Source: Octopus vulgaris (Eukaryota). Taken from it: a DNA stretch of 64,000 nucleotides. Below, one piece after another: positions 11,874-24,496 of this stretch. The stretch's first letter is position 1; each line of letters starts with the position of its first letter. Both the position numbers and the translations under genes were made by a program. The stretch is from positions 117,738,001 through 117,802,000 of the forward strand of contig OX597822.1 in NCBI GenBank assembly GCA_951406725.2. The letters run 5' to 3'. The notes below the pieces were generated by a model, which did not search any database, had not been told where the DNA came from, and saw nothing but the letters and a program-made list of their open reading frames with translations.

Positions 11874-11987
<114 letters not shown>

Positions 11988-12616
11988 TTTTTGACCTCCA
12001 GGTTACTGTTTATCGAGACTGCAAACAAAGAATCATCGCTATACAGACCACCAGAAATATTTGGGAATTAGCCCCTGGAGGTCGGTTACTTGGCCCGTGT
12101 CACCCGCCTCCATTGGGATGTCCAGTTAATTGGGAGTATCCCTTCAGTCCTGAACTATGGTAACCCGGATGTCAACTTCGTGAAAGAATTATATACTTCC
12201 TAGCGTCTCTTCTTAGCTCCAATCTTAAAACGCAAATTTCCTCGACGTCGCTCTAGATTTGCAGGATGACACTTATCCTTACCAAAAACTCAGTGAGAAC
12301 ATAAACTACGTTAACTGTTTATCGAATCAGTCTCCTGATGATGATGATGATGATGGCGTTGAAGGCTATGGAAATGGTGACGATGATGACGACAATGATG
12401 ACGACAATGAGGACAACGAAGAAGCTGACGACGACGACAGCAAAGAACATATTTCCGTTTTTCAATCTCCATAGGGACGTTGTTTAACGAATTCTTGAAA
12501 AGTATACTCCCACATTGTGTTGTAACTTAGGAATTTCATATCACAGTCAGGTATTTATGAATTCAAGTCTTCTTGAAATATATTGATACACCATGTATTG
12601 GTATATTTCATTCTAT

Positions 12617-12835
12617 GAGGCTCGTGGCCAAGTTGTTAGAATGTTACATTCACTATCGCGTGATCGTGGGTTCGATTTTCAGACCAGGCAGAAAATTATG
12701 TTCTCGAGCAAAAAAAAAAAAACGTCTCACGTCACTCTGCGATCACTTTGGCACGTGTGGTACACCTTGCACCGGTACAGACAATGTTGATTTGATATAG
12801 GAATTGAGCTTATGTGCAGCACAACTTGATTACAA
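12617..12835 (+). mobile_element. Degenerate tRNA-derived SINE
   Basis: GGCTCGTGGCCAAGTTGTTAGA...GTGGGTTCGATTTTCAGACC head resembles the heads at 57482 and 9563(-). Confidence 0.6.
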
Positions 12836-13049
12836 TAACCAGGTTGTTTAGTAAGAAATTGGCGAATCCTTATATTTAATAACGCATTACCTTAATGTTT
12901 TTAGCATTCAAATTCACTAACAAACCTTTTCTGGAAAATTTGCCTTCGATAACTCTTGAAGAGATATGCTATTTCCTTCGACAGAAAAGGAGAAATATAA
13001 CTTCCAATCAAGAATTAAGTATCAACCTTCTGTATCCCAATAACTATTT

Positions 13050-13365
13050 GACTGAAGAAGCAGACAAAGAGATGGTATCATCGCAATGTTTGAAAGTCCT
13101 CTTACATCAGTGAATCACATATGTCATGGACACACATCGTCTAAAGGAGGAAGGTATTCTCCGATGATGAAAAACAACAGCGATCAACATATTCATCTTC
13201 GAATTCACCTGAAAGTATTAAGAATGAATAGATACGTTATTGATACAACTTCTATGATTTCCTACAAATTTATAAACTGTCTTGGAAAGCTGAAGTTTTT
13301 TCAGGAAGACAGGACATTGTAATTCTTTTGTTTATGAAGAAATGCTTGATTTTGCTGCTTTCACA
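13050..13365. repeat. Unclassified diverged repeat, copy 1 (homologous to 15355-15660)
   Basis: Colinear blocks TTACATCAGTGAA, GTCTAAAGG, TTAAGAATGAATAG.TACGTTATTG.TACAACTT, AAATTTATAAA, TTCTTTTGTTTATGA.GAAATG.TTGATTTTG. Confidence 0.8.
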
Positions 13366-14748
13366 TAATAATTATATACAAATGTACACAGCTCATTCGT
13401 TTTGACTTTAAGTAATCAATTTATCACACGTTCTGTTGATGTCAGAATCCACGATTAGGTATAACTTTAAAGAGTCCGTTTATGATATTGAGAAATAATT
13501 TGTTTCAGACATTCAGTTACAAGACTATCGAAATAATTCCAGCTCTTTTTATTTAATCTTGAGAAACATAAGAACGTTTTGTAAGATAAAGTGTATAGCC
13601 AGGAATGTATTGTGTAGCATCAAGCCTTTAAGTATTCACACAATGAAGATGGCAGAAAAGTAGATTCATTTAGAAGAAATGGTTTTTCTTCTTCGCAAAT
13701 AATAGCTTCTCTTAGTTCAGAGGGAAATTTCTCCATGTTTACTGAATGTAAATCTCTCTTTAAAATACGTGATCAATTTAACTTCATTTGGTAAGATATA
13801 ATGAAAGAGTAAGAAAGAAATGTAAGACAAGTAGATGTCGATAGATAGATAGATAAATGGATAGATAGATAGATAGAGAGAGAGGAGAGAGGGAGAGAGA
13901 TGGATGGATGAAAAGAAGCCACAGAGAGAAAGTAAGTCAGTGAGCAATTAGAATATATACTAATTAAAATTTTATCAATCAACAAATCTCACTTCTGGTT
14001 TTGGGGGGAGTCAATATTTTACTCAGGATCTAGAAAGTATCAATGTTTCCCGTCACCATATTGTTCTTTTCAACCTCTAATTTAGAACTGTTAGTAAGAC
14101 ATGCAATCATATTAATATTATGTCAACAAAACGAAGGAAAGGTTGATAAAGCAGTTCTGAATATAGGCGCCGGCCATTTTAGATAATTCATTTGTCTACA
14201 TGAGCGAATAATAACGTAATTATGTAACCAAACTGTGAGTACAATGGAGATTGATTTTTGATTTTTATCATAAAGCTGATGTGATTCCAGCAATGTGCTT
14301 ACATCGATAAAATAGGAAAGTGAGTAACAGGGTTTCCTTGTATATTTTCTATCTATATATTTATACAAACAACACACTGCGCAAAGCAATTTAATAAATG
14401 ATGTTGGTTTGAATTTTAAAGTAAATAATTGATGCACTGTTTGTCTGCGTCATTCCTGACTCGAACTTGGAAGATTTTTACTTTTATAGCCATGAGAAAG
14501 GCTATTCAATGTTTTCCTATTTGACCTCTGACACTAATTTGTACAGCCACCGCTGATAGTTTGTCTTTAAGCTGGATAAAATTTATTGATATCTGCGGCG
14601 TATATGCATACATACTGCCAGGCATAATAAACAACCACACATTTATAAAATCCACTCTTCTCTCTCTTTCTCTTTCAGTCACACAAACATAAACGTATGT
14701 ATGCATGTATGCGTGTACATACAGCGCACACTTAATGTAAATAATGTG

Positions 14749-14789
<41 letters not shown>

Positions 14790-15354
14790 TTACATGTATG
14801 TGTAGATATACGAGTATGTATACAGATATATGTATGTATATATATATTGATATACATACAGAGAAAGAGAGAGCAAATCAAGTACAAAAGACTACAAAAT
14901 ACCAAAGTAAGTTCGCAGTTAATATTATTAAACATACACACAAAGAGTGCAGGCGCAGGTTTCTATTTTTAAAAATTATTACCCTCAAGTTTTATCTTTG
15001 TATGAAAATTTTTCTTTATTTTCTTATCGTCCCGTTATATTTCGTTAGGAACAATAAAACTTCTAGTTCCATCGACGTTTCTAGATGTTCTTGTTGTTAT
15101 TCTTTAGTCGAAATAGTTGTCAGTCTTTGAGTTATACCCATTTTAAATGAAGCTTGCAACAGGGTTCGTATATTCCCATTGGAATCGGTCAGAAAATATT
15201 AAGAATAAATAAATACCTTATTGTTTGGATTCGCGCTGTTCCACGCGCGCCTCATTATCTGTTTGGCAGACATCAGCAAGTACTTTGCTAATTTCTATAA
15301 ACAACAGCTGGTGCTCTTCTTGGACTCATCGTTCCAGTAAGGTGGCTTTGGTTA

Positions 15355-15660
15355 AAGAAGCATACAGCAAAGTTGTATCACCGCGATTTCTGAAAATCTC
15401 TTTACATCAGTGAAACATGTATGATATGAACACAGATTGTCTAAAGGGAGCAGGTGCTCTGCGATGACAAAATACAACACCGATCAGCAAATTCACGTTC
15501 GAGTCTAGCAGAACGTTTTAAGAATGAATAGTTACGTTATTGTTACAACTTTCACGATATGCAAATTTATAAATTGTCATGGCAATCTGAAAGCCTGTTC
15601 ACCAACAATGGGCCGGCATTGTTCTTTTGTTTATGAGGAAATGTTTGATTTTGATGTTTT
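15355..15660. repeat. Unclassified diverged repeat, copy 2
   Basis: See 13050-13365. Confidence 0.8.
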
Positions 15661-16278
15661 GTAATTCATTATAACTGATAATTTACGATTATGTGTAATA
15701 CATGTCCTTTTCTACCTTATGACACCTTGTTTTCATAATCTGTTCATTTATTCAAAAGACAGGATAAATTGGATTCGTGTGATACGCATTGTTGTTTCTA
15801 CCTTATTTTTAACGCAAGATATATTTCTTCTTGCCTTTGCTTTATTGTATTATTTTGTGTATTGTTCTGTAGCTCGTTATGTGGACACATTTGTACGTCT
15901 GTTATTGACTAGAATTTGTTATAGTCTACATATTTGCTTTATTTGAGGAGAAGCTATATTTGATTCATCATCTCCCCAATTTAGAAATATTCATAAATAA
16001 TGTTTTGTTTTTCAAGTATAAACTGGTGTTTTTTTTTTTATTTCAAAATTTATAACTATTTCTAGAGTTGCTGAAGCACCTAAACCTGCGAATCTAATTC
16101 AAAGATAAAGATGTTTACCAAGTTTTTCATTATTTTTTTCTCTGACTCTGCTTGTCTCTGTCTCTTCTCTCTGTCTCCCCTCTCATTCACTCTCCCCCTC
16201 TAATTCTCTCTCCCTTCTCATTCACTCTCCCCTCTCATTCACTCTTCCCCTCTCTCATTCTCCCCATCTCTCTCTCTT

Positions 16279-16369
<91 letters not shown>

Positions 16370-16721
16370 GACTATCCATCTGTCTGTCTGTCTATCTCTC
16401 TATCTCTTCCGTCAACTATATCTAGGGGTAGATATTTGGTGTTTGTATAGAGTAAAGGCAAATCCTACCACATTTTACTGGTTGACGAACGTTTCAATGA
16501 CGAACGTACAGTGTGTACAAGTGCAGAAGATGATGATAAGTTAACACACAACGGTGAACAAGATACCTGCGGACACAGGTAGCGAATGCCAAACTTCGCA
16601 GGTGTCACAACGATTACCTTGTAAAATGTGGATATACGTTTCTGTTACACCCAGTATTTGAACATTGAAAGGTGTTGGATTTTTTTCTCTGTCTCTGTCT
16701 GTCTGTCAGTCTATCTATCTC

Positions 16722-16837
16722 TCTCTATCTCTCCCTCTTTCCCTTTCTGCCTCACTACTCTCCCAAAACACGTTTGGCTTAGTACAGACAAAACCCCTCG
16801 GACTGACTATTCTTGGGAAACGTTTTAACTGGAAACG
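16722..16837 (+). repeat. 116-bp segment duplicated at 17871-17986
   Basis: 3 mismatches in 116 bp by manual alignment. Confidence 0.92.
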
Positions 16838-17149
16838 CATATCGCGCACCATCTCAAACCATGATAGCAACTTAAAAGAAGCAAATGATAAAGCATTAGT
16901 CAAGTAAAGACAACATGGCTACCTGTCTTACCTCATTATCTGAATCTTTACTGAAACATCAAAAGCGCAAAATTTTTCTGCAATTATATATGATTTACAT
17001 TTGACCTCGTTGACCATTTATATAGATACTGTTTAGTTTGCTTTTTTTTTCTATTTCTTTTTCTGCTCTGAGCAGAACTAATCCGAAATTATTCCAGGCT
17101 TAGCTAACCACCATTTTACCAAACACACTGCTTCGAATCTTACTTTTTC

Positions 17150-17336
17150 TACATACATACATACACACACATACAGACATACATACATACATACATACAC
17201 ACACATACAGACATACAGACATACATACATACATACATACACACACATACAGACACATATACATACATACATACATACATACATACATACATACATACAT
17301 ACACATACATACATACATACATACATACATATGCAC
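17150..17336. repeat. (CATA)n/(CA)n compound microsatellite
   Basis: Direct reading. Confidence 0.95.
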
Positions 17337-17455
17337 ACATTTATGTGTGTATATATATATATAAATAAGGATAAGATCATTATTTAAATACCGATCTTAT
17401 CAGGTGGCCAGCATGGGAATAAAAACCTTCAAAGGTAATAATTATTATTAAAATT

Positions 17456-17597
17456 ATAATTTAGGATATCTAAGAGATACTACCACACTGGAAATAGCAG
17501 CCAAAACTTGACTCTAAAACCACATTAATGTGATTTTAGAGTCAAGATTTGGCTGCTATTTCCAGCGTGGTGGTATCTCTTAGATACCCTAAATTAT
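17456..17597. repeat. 142-bp near-perfect palindrome in a TA-rich context (Penelope-like inverted terminus?)
   Basis: 71-bp arms centred on CACATT|AATGTG (17526/17527). Confidence 0.85.
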
Positions 17598-18000
17598 TTA
17601 TATATATATCAACAAAAATGAAGAGAAATAACTCAGAGTAGGCAACGGCACATATATGAACAAAATAGACAAATACAAATATATCAAATACCATACAACA
17701 TAAATTCGTGGTTTATTAAACAATATTTTCGCTTCTAAAGGAGGTAATTTAAATAAATCAAGAATTTATGTTGTATATTACATAAATGTGTATATACACA
17801 TAAACACACATAAAACATGCACATTATCTATCTCTCTCTCTCTTTATATATATATGCATATATGTATATATCTCTATCTCTCCCTCTTCCCCTTTCTGCC
17901 TCACTACTCTCCCAAAACATGTTTGGCTTAGTACAGACAAAACCCCTCGGACTGACTATTCTTGGGAAATGTTTTAACTGGAAACGTTTTAACTGGAAAC

Positions 18001-19017
18001 GTCGACGAGGAGTACCTGACCCGCCTGTTCAGGACGACTTTCGGGCCAGGGCCCATGGACAACTTCCAGAGATCCCTGGCCTGGCAGTGCTACCGAGAAG
18101 CGCTACCCGTTCCGGATAAGCTCTACAGACACGGCTCGAGAAACACGGAGCCGACCTGCCCGAGATGCGGTCAGAGCGACGAAACCGTTCTGCACGCACT
18201 CGTGCAGTGTCCAACAATTTCCGACCTGTGGGCTTATGTCGAACAATTGCTGTCACGTGTGGGACGAGTCGGTTTATCAGCTGAGTCTATCGTCAATATT
18301 GTCACGCCTCCTTCCTTCAAACGGGAAGGAAGAGCTATTTTCATCATCCTTGTGGCTATGGCGAAAGAATGTATCTGGTGGACGCGTCTGAAAGGATTGG
18401 AGACAAACACTTTCCTCTCTGGTCAATCTCTCATCAACTTCTTCAAGTACCACTTGAAAAGGAAAGTGAGAGTAGAGAGGCAAGTTTTGTCTAGCGAATG
18501 TTTTAAAAAAAGATGGGTGAATGTAGCAAGGATGGCACGTATGAATGACGAAGCCACCTTGAGCATAATCCTATGAACCCAGAAATTGAAAACAGAGGGT
18601 TACCCACTTGCAAACAAATGTGGTAACATTTTCGTAGGCTTTTCTTCCCACGGATAAACCTTACTTGCTTTCCCCTTTACACCATATATCATAACACTGT
18701 GATACACGATCCCTATTGATCGTTCTTTTTTTTTTCCTCTTCCTATTTTTTCCCTTTTTTCTTCTTTTTTCATTTCTCTTTCCTTTTGTTCCTTTTCCTT
18801 TTCTTTTTTTCTTTTTATTCTTTTTATTTTATTCAATTTTGTTTTGTTTTTTTTTGTTTTTGTTCTTTTCTTCCCTTTTACGATCCCTCTTGATCGAAAA
18901 CCTACGCCACCCCCTTTTTTTTTCTTTTGTTTTTTGTTCTCTTCATCCCCCAAAAGAAAAGCTCTACCTTGTAACTTGTCCCATCTGTGTGCAGCCCTGT
19001 GTGGCCAATAAAGAAAC
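18001..19017 (+). mobile_element. 5'-truncated Tx1-clade LINE, family B (zf-RVT C-terminus + T-rich 3'UTR)
   Basis: VDEEYLTRLFRTTFGPGPMDNFQRSLAWQCYREALPV..CPRCG..ETVLHALVQC..HLKRKVRVER is homologous to the C-termini of copies 1 and 2; stop at 18576; tail CAGCCCTGTGTGGCCAATAAAGAAAC. Confidence 0.9.
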
Positions 19018-19024
19018 TTATCTA

Positions 19025-19025
<1 letters not shown>

Positions 19026-19059
<34 letters not shown>

Positions 19060-19370
19060 ACATATACTCCGTGTATTTTTCCGTGGATGCAATAGCGTGG
19101 GGGAGTATATACACTCTCAAAGCGCTGGGTGTTAGAAACACCTGGGTGGTGGACACGCAAGATAACTTACCTTAAATCCCATTTGGGTGTGATGGGCAAC
19201 GGGTGCTTCGCCATTTGAGGCATGTTCAACATCACCCACCTGCCAGAGGTGAATGTAAGTCACCCAGCCAGTCCATGACTTACATGCTCTTGGTGTGTAA
19301 AATTATGAGCTGGTCGGCCGGCCGGGAATTGCTTAGCAAAAAGAAAAGTTACATATGAAATATAAGCAGT
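19026..19370 (-). repeat. Unclassified ~320-bp interspersed element with (TAA)n end, copy 1 (copy 2 at 24056-24400)
   Basis: Shared blocks TACATATACT, GTGTATTTT(T)CCGTGGA, ATAACT.ACC, TTTGGG.GTGATGG, TTCAACATCAC, CAGTCCA, TGTAAAATT..GAGCTGGT.GGCC; both copies abut (TTA)n. Confidence 0.75.
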
Positions 19371-19413
19371 ATGTGCATTTATGTATGTATGTATGTATGT
19401 GTGTATATATATA

Positions 19414-19970
19414 CGAGCAAAACGCCCCCCCCGTCCAATGGACGGTGCTGAGATGTCAAACATTTAAACCAAATTTTCTCAGAACAACTTGTCCGACCGT
19501 CCCATAGGTCTCCCCTTTGAGAAACACTGATTTAACCTAAATTTGAGACACCAGCAAAAGAAGAAATAAAGATAGACTTTTTTTCTATTCCAAAGAAAAA
19601 CGATTTTATTCACACAAATATGCAACGGAAGAGTTTAAAGTACCAGTAATGATAAGGCTGTTGACTGGGAGAACACAAACATAGTTTAAATAATAAGCTT
19701 GGCAGGAAAGAAACGTGCCTTTAAGCAGTACAAAAACAACAAAAAATTGAAGGTTCAGTTATGTACAGGTTGACGGAAGAAAAGCAGGACAAAAACGGCT
19801 TTATCGATCGCATTCTCACCTGGAATCGATCTTTGTAATTTTTTCAAGATTTATAGACGCCCAGATACCGTCGGTATCTACATATCAAATTTGATCGCAA
19901 TCGGATGGAGGATGCCCGAGATCCTAGAAGACACACAGACAAACAGACAGAACGGATTTTATATAATAGA
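19414..19970 (-). mobile_element. Non-autonomous Helitron-like element
   Basis: Minus strand starts A|TCTATTATATAAAA..., with a CTGT repeat and CCGATTGCGATCAAATTTG motif; ends in hairpin CCGTCCATTGGACGG followed by CTCG|T (variant of CTAG); same layout as 56364-56748. Confidence 0.7.
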
Positions 19971-20249
19971 TATCAAAGCAGTATGTAAATTTAAATCTAT
20001 ATAAATGTGTACGTGTGTGTATGTGTTTTATATGTGTGCTTGTGAACGTGTTTCCGTGTGAGTCTATGCTTTGAAACTAGTGTATAATGAGATATGCCGT
20101 GTTGTTGATGTTATTATTGTTTAGAACATAGTAACTATGATCAAAAGAATTCCAGCCATGACCACATCGTCATATCAGATGTTACAATTGAATGATAGGT
20201 CCTTTTCATTCTTACTATGGCAATATTTAGTTTGAAGGAGATTTGAATA

Positions 20250-20415
20250 GTATGTGTGTTTAGAAGCTTGCTTACTAACCTCATGGTTCTGGGTTCAATC
20301 TCACTGTGTGGAATCTTAGGCAAGTGTCTTTTACTCTAGCCTCAGGTCGACCAAAGCCTTGTGAGCGGATTTGGTAGACGGACATTGAAAGAAGCCTGTC
20401 GTACATATATGTGTA

Positions 20416-20455
<40 letters not shown>

Positions 20456-20635
20456 AGAGAGGGAAAGAAAACTGGTGTTGGTATGTTTACGTTCAACTAG
20501 CAGATCGGTGAAAGTGATCGATAGAATAATCACCAGGCGCTGAAAAGAATAAATACTGGGTTCGATTCGTTCGATTAAAGTTGTCCAAGCATAGTCACAG
20601 ACTAATGACTGACACAAGTAAAAGAAAGAAAACGA
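20250..20635 (+). mobile_element. SINE family B (tRNA-like head, internal microsatellite), diverged
   Basis: GGGTTCAATC B-box-like, GGCAAGTGTC, GACCAAAGCCTTGTGAG.GGATTTGGTAGACGGA, internal (TG)n(AG)n, tail GACTGACACAAGTAAAAGA. Confidence 0.85.
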
Positions 20636-21203
20636 AATAATAGGCCTAGCTGGGTTCTATAGTTACAGTTAGGGAATGCTGCTGTTGCTTGACCCTTCGT
20701 ATAGACTTATGCTTAAAGGAGTTCCTGCCGTGATCGTCCCTTCTATTCTTTGGTTATGCTCAGGGACTCCAGCACTACATTATTCAGTGTGTCGTTTTCT
20801 ATGACATGGTGTGATTTGAAAGAGAGTTGGCTGCTATATCTAGCAGCCCATTGTCTCATGTGTTGAGTGAGGTGGAACCAAGACGTTCATTTTACGACTC
20901 TTGCCTTCATTACCTTCCAATATTTTATTTTGGCTTTGTCGGTATTCTAACTTTCCAGACATTTATATGATATATCTAACTCTTGATGCAGACACACAGA
21001 CAGAGGACAAAAAGAAGAAATATAGTTAAGAACAATAAAAAAATAGAAACAAAAATTAATAACTTACTCGCATCTTCTATATATAAGATTAAAAGACGCA
21101 GGGAAATATGGAAATGGCCTAAATTTTATTGTCGAAAGAAAGATTGAGTTAGCTGCTCCAGTAACATTTTGATGAGGAAAACGACGACGATGACGACCAC
21201 GCT

Positions 21204-21234
<31 letters not shown>

Positions 21235-21484
21235 ATGATGACGATGATGACAGTGGTGGTAACAGTATTGTTGATGATGATGATGATGATAGTGGTATTG
21301 ATGCTGATGTTGTGTACTAAACAAGTGTCTTGAGGATTCTCGCGTTCAAATAATCCTCTCGTATTTCTGTATGAACCTCAATTCATACTTGCAGGATATC
21401 CCTTTATGTCCTGCCCAATAAACACACATGTTTTTCATCCACTTTTCTATCTTAATTCTAATTTACTAATTAGCCAAAGCCACT

Positions 21485-21860
21485 GGCATAGATGTGTGGT
21501 TAAGAAGCTCGTTTTGCAGTCACATCTTCAAGTTCATTCCCACTACGTGGCACCTTGGCCAAGTGTCTTCTATAATCGCCTCGGACCTACCAATGTCGTC
21601 TGAGTGAATACCGTAAATGGAGATTGTGTAGATGTCCGTCGTACACGTGTGTGTGTGTGTGTGTTTATGTACGTGTGTGTGTCTTCTTGTCTCTTTTTGT
21701 TTCTCCTACCATTGCTTGACAAACGCTGTCGGTTTGTTTACAACTCCATAACTTAACGATTCGGCTATAGGCTCCGATAGAATTAGTACCGACTATAACG
21801 CTTTAACGTGGTTGCACAGCATGATCGTAGTTCAATGACGAAAAAAAAAAAAGAAAAAAG
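21485..21860 (+). mobile_element. SINE family B, strongly diverged
   Basis: GTGTGGTTAAGAAGCT..CCCACTACGTGGCACCTTGGCCAAGTGTCTTCTA..internal (TG)n..GCTTGACAAAC..CCGATAGAATTAGTACC. Confidence 0.75.
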
Positions 21861-22019
21861 AAAACAGAAGAAGATACAAAGGAAAGAAGAGCCTGCGCAT
21901 ATAACTATAACTCTGTCGCCCTCATCCCGCAAATTATAGCTTTTTGTTACGGCACCTTAACGTTCATGGCCCCGTTAACGTTCATGGATAGTTGGGGTTA
22001 ACAGAATTTCTGAAGTTTA

Positions 22020-22305
22020 CAAACTGTACTATAGTCTTCCTAATATCGCCTCGGTAATCAGAGAAAGAACACATTATGCAGGACAGTGCTGGAGAAACAA
22101 GAATGAAGTACACAACGATCTCCTAATCTGGAAAATCATGAATGGACATACATGTATCAGGCAGACCAAGAAGAGCATATAACTACCATATTGTGGAAGA
22201 GACTGGATATCAGGCTCCGGATAGTAAGACTGCTGTGAAAGATCAGGACATCCGGGGTGGAAGAGTTTTGTTAATCCGGACAAGTCAACCGACTTGATTG
22301 ATGGA
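22020..22305 (+). mobile_element. RTE-clade LINE 3' fragment (decayed)
   Basis: Frameshifted LPNIASVIRER..YAGQCWRNKNE..DLLIW..GRPRR..IVEETG resembles the RTE C-terminal 'AGHCWR..GRP' signature. Confidence 0.65.
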
Positions 22306-22338
22306 TACAGAAACTAATGAATATTAATTCGCGCTAAT

Positions 22339-22475
22339 GCGGCGAGCTGGTAAAATCGTTACCGCATTTCGTCCGTCTTCACTGTGATCGACTTTGCCAT
22401 TCATCCCATTCGGGTCGATCAAATAAATACCAGTTGAACACTTGTAAAGATGAAATAGATTTAACCCCATCCCTC
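22339..22475 (+). mobile_element. SINE family A, internally deleted
   Basis: GCGGCGAGCTGGTAAAATCGTT..GACTTTGCCATTCATCCCATTCGGGTCGAT..AAATACCAGTT. Confidence 0.75.
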
Positions 22476-22502
22476 TCTCTGTATATATATATATATATAT
22501 AA

Positions 22503-22533
<31 letters not shown>

Positions 22534-22648
22534 AGAGATAATGGTGTCCCTGAGACTCAAAGGTGTCAGATAATGCTGAATAAGTGCTATAGACAGACCA
22601 TAGTTAATATCTACACAGCCTTGCTTTTTTTATCTTATTACGCAAATA

Positions 22649-22689
<41 letters not shown>

Positions 22690-22729
22690 TATTATCAATA
22701 TTATTATTATTATTGTTGTTGTTGTTGTT

Positions 22730-22768
<39 letters not shown>

Positions 22769-22769
<1 letters not shown>

Positions 22770-24054
22770 TATGTTTGACTTTTGTTTTATGTCTGTAAAA
22801 GTTGGCTCCAAGTCTCACCCAGAGACCTCAAGAGACAACAGGTTGGAAATTCACGTTGTTGTTATGTCTAGTGTGCCATATATTTGGGTTTTTTGGTGTT
22901 GTACAAGTGAATGTCTAATACATAAATTAAAAAAAAAAGTTTGTTTTAAACCTTGGGATTACATAGAGAGTATTTTGCGTAGGATATGAGCAGTTCCCAT
23001 GAGCACTATCTTTTGAATTTCTGCCATTTTGGGGTTTCCTGGTATCTGAGTTAGGTAGCAATCAGCCCCTTTCGCTATCATTCCCAGGGCACCTATGACA
23101 ACAGGTATTGTTTTAGTCTTCAGGTTCCACATTTTGCTGATTTCTATTTCAAGATCTTTATATTTGCTCAGTTTTTGGTAGGTCTTGACAGATACGTTTA
23201 TATCGATTGGGACAGTCATATCAATGAGGAGGCATGTTCTTTGTCTGAAGTCTTTCAATATGATGTCTGGCCTATTTGCCTCTATCTTTCTGTCAGTTTG
23301 AATGGTGAAGTTCCAGAGGAGTGAGATGTGGTCGTTTTCAAGCACTGGAGGTGGATTGTGTTCCCACCAGTTTATTCATGGGGCAAATCCAGGTTTTTAC
23401 AGATTACCCAGTGAATATATTGTGCAGCTCTATCGTGCCTGTTGAGATACTCTGTAGGCGCTAGAAGACTGCATGGAGACCACATGGTCAATGGTTTCAT
23501 TTTGTTGCTTGCATACACGACATGTTGGACTGCTTCTGATCTTTAATATGTTGGCCTGGTAGTTTCTTGTTGGTAGGCATTGATCTTGAGCTGCTATGAT
23601 AAACCCCTCTGTTTCAGATTTTAAGCCAGAGGCCATTAGCCATTGATGGGTCAGGGCTTTGTCGATATCTGCATTATTCGCTCTCTTTGGGTATTTGCCA
23701 TAGAGAGGTTTTTCTTGCCATTTATTATTCAGAATATCTAAGGCCGCAGTTTTGGCACGGGTTTTCATGCGCCTCGCTTTTTCTGTGCTTGTTTCTTGTA
23801 TGTCTATCTCTAATTCCGAAATTGGTTGTATTCGGAATTCACTTAGATATTCCTTTGCCTGTTTTGTGACTGATTATGATGCTTTCTTGTTTTCATGTTT
23901 TGAGACAAGTTTTAACATCCAGTCCTCAGAGTTTTTCAGGTAGGTGTCTAGGCCAATTGTAGCAATCTTCATTGTTATTGCCAGTTGCAAAAGACCACGG
24001 CCTCCCTCTTTTCTTGGCAGATAAATTCGTTGTGTATCTGCCTTAGGGTAGTGC
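22769..24054 (-). mobile_element. 5'-truncated R4/Dong-like RLE non-LTR retrotransposon in a (TAA)n tract
   Basis: RIYLPRKEGGRGL, LKSETEGFIIAAQDQ, CRVC..ETIDHVVS (CCHC), EYLNRHD, ANRPDII..IDMTVP..KLSKYKDL..PVVIGALG (PD-D/ExK endonuclease); (TAA)n on both flanks; frameshifts/stops present. Confidence 0.88.
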
Positions 24055-24055
24055 T

Positions 24056-24400
24056 ATTATTATTATTATTATTATTGTTATTAAATACATATACTAATGT
24101 ATACGCTTTGTGTATTTTCCGTGGACTGCAATGGCATAGCGAAGTACACAATTCTCATGTGGCAGGTATCAAAACACCTTAGAAATCATGAACAGGCGAA
24201 ATAACTCACCCCAATCCTGTTTGGGAGTGATGGACATCGATGTTGAGCCATGTTTGTGGCTTTTCAACATCACGTATTCACCTGGGCTGAAGGCGAATCC
24301 CCCAAGCAGTCCAACGATTCATATGTTCATGGCTTGTAAAATTGCGAGCTGGTAGGCCCAGAAATTGCATACTTAAGAGAAAATCTACTTATGAATTAAA
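24056..24400 (-). repeat. Unclassified (TAA)n-ended element, copy 2
   Basis: See 19026-19370. Confidence 0.75.
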
Positions 24401-24496
24401 AGCTGCTTTAGTGTAATAAATATTATTACATACTATGTGTTGCATTTGATATTTATTATACTAGAGCTGCTTTTATTTCACATATATATATATAGC

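Noticed and set aside
11992-12083. 10-bp inverted repeat GACCTCCAGG/CCTGGAGGTC after a (TA)n tract
   Set aside because: Too short to classify; no TSD or further structure established.
19190-19290. HDV-like ribozyme reading of the unclassified element (GGCGAA after a short hairpin, minus strand)
   Set aside because: The motif is not kept in copy 2 and no convincing P1/P1.1 could be built.
19155-19300. Conserved GTAAGT/GTGAGT on the minus strand of both unclassified copies, suggesting duplicated exons
   Set aside because: No frame shows protein-like conservation between the copies, and stops occur.
22547-22570. TCCCTGAGAC resembles the miR-125/lin-4 5' end
   Set aside because: No complementary 3' arm nearby; chance 10-mer.
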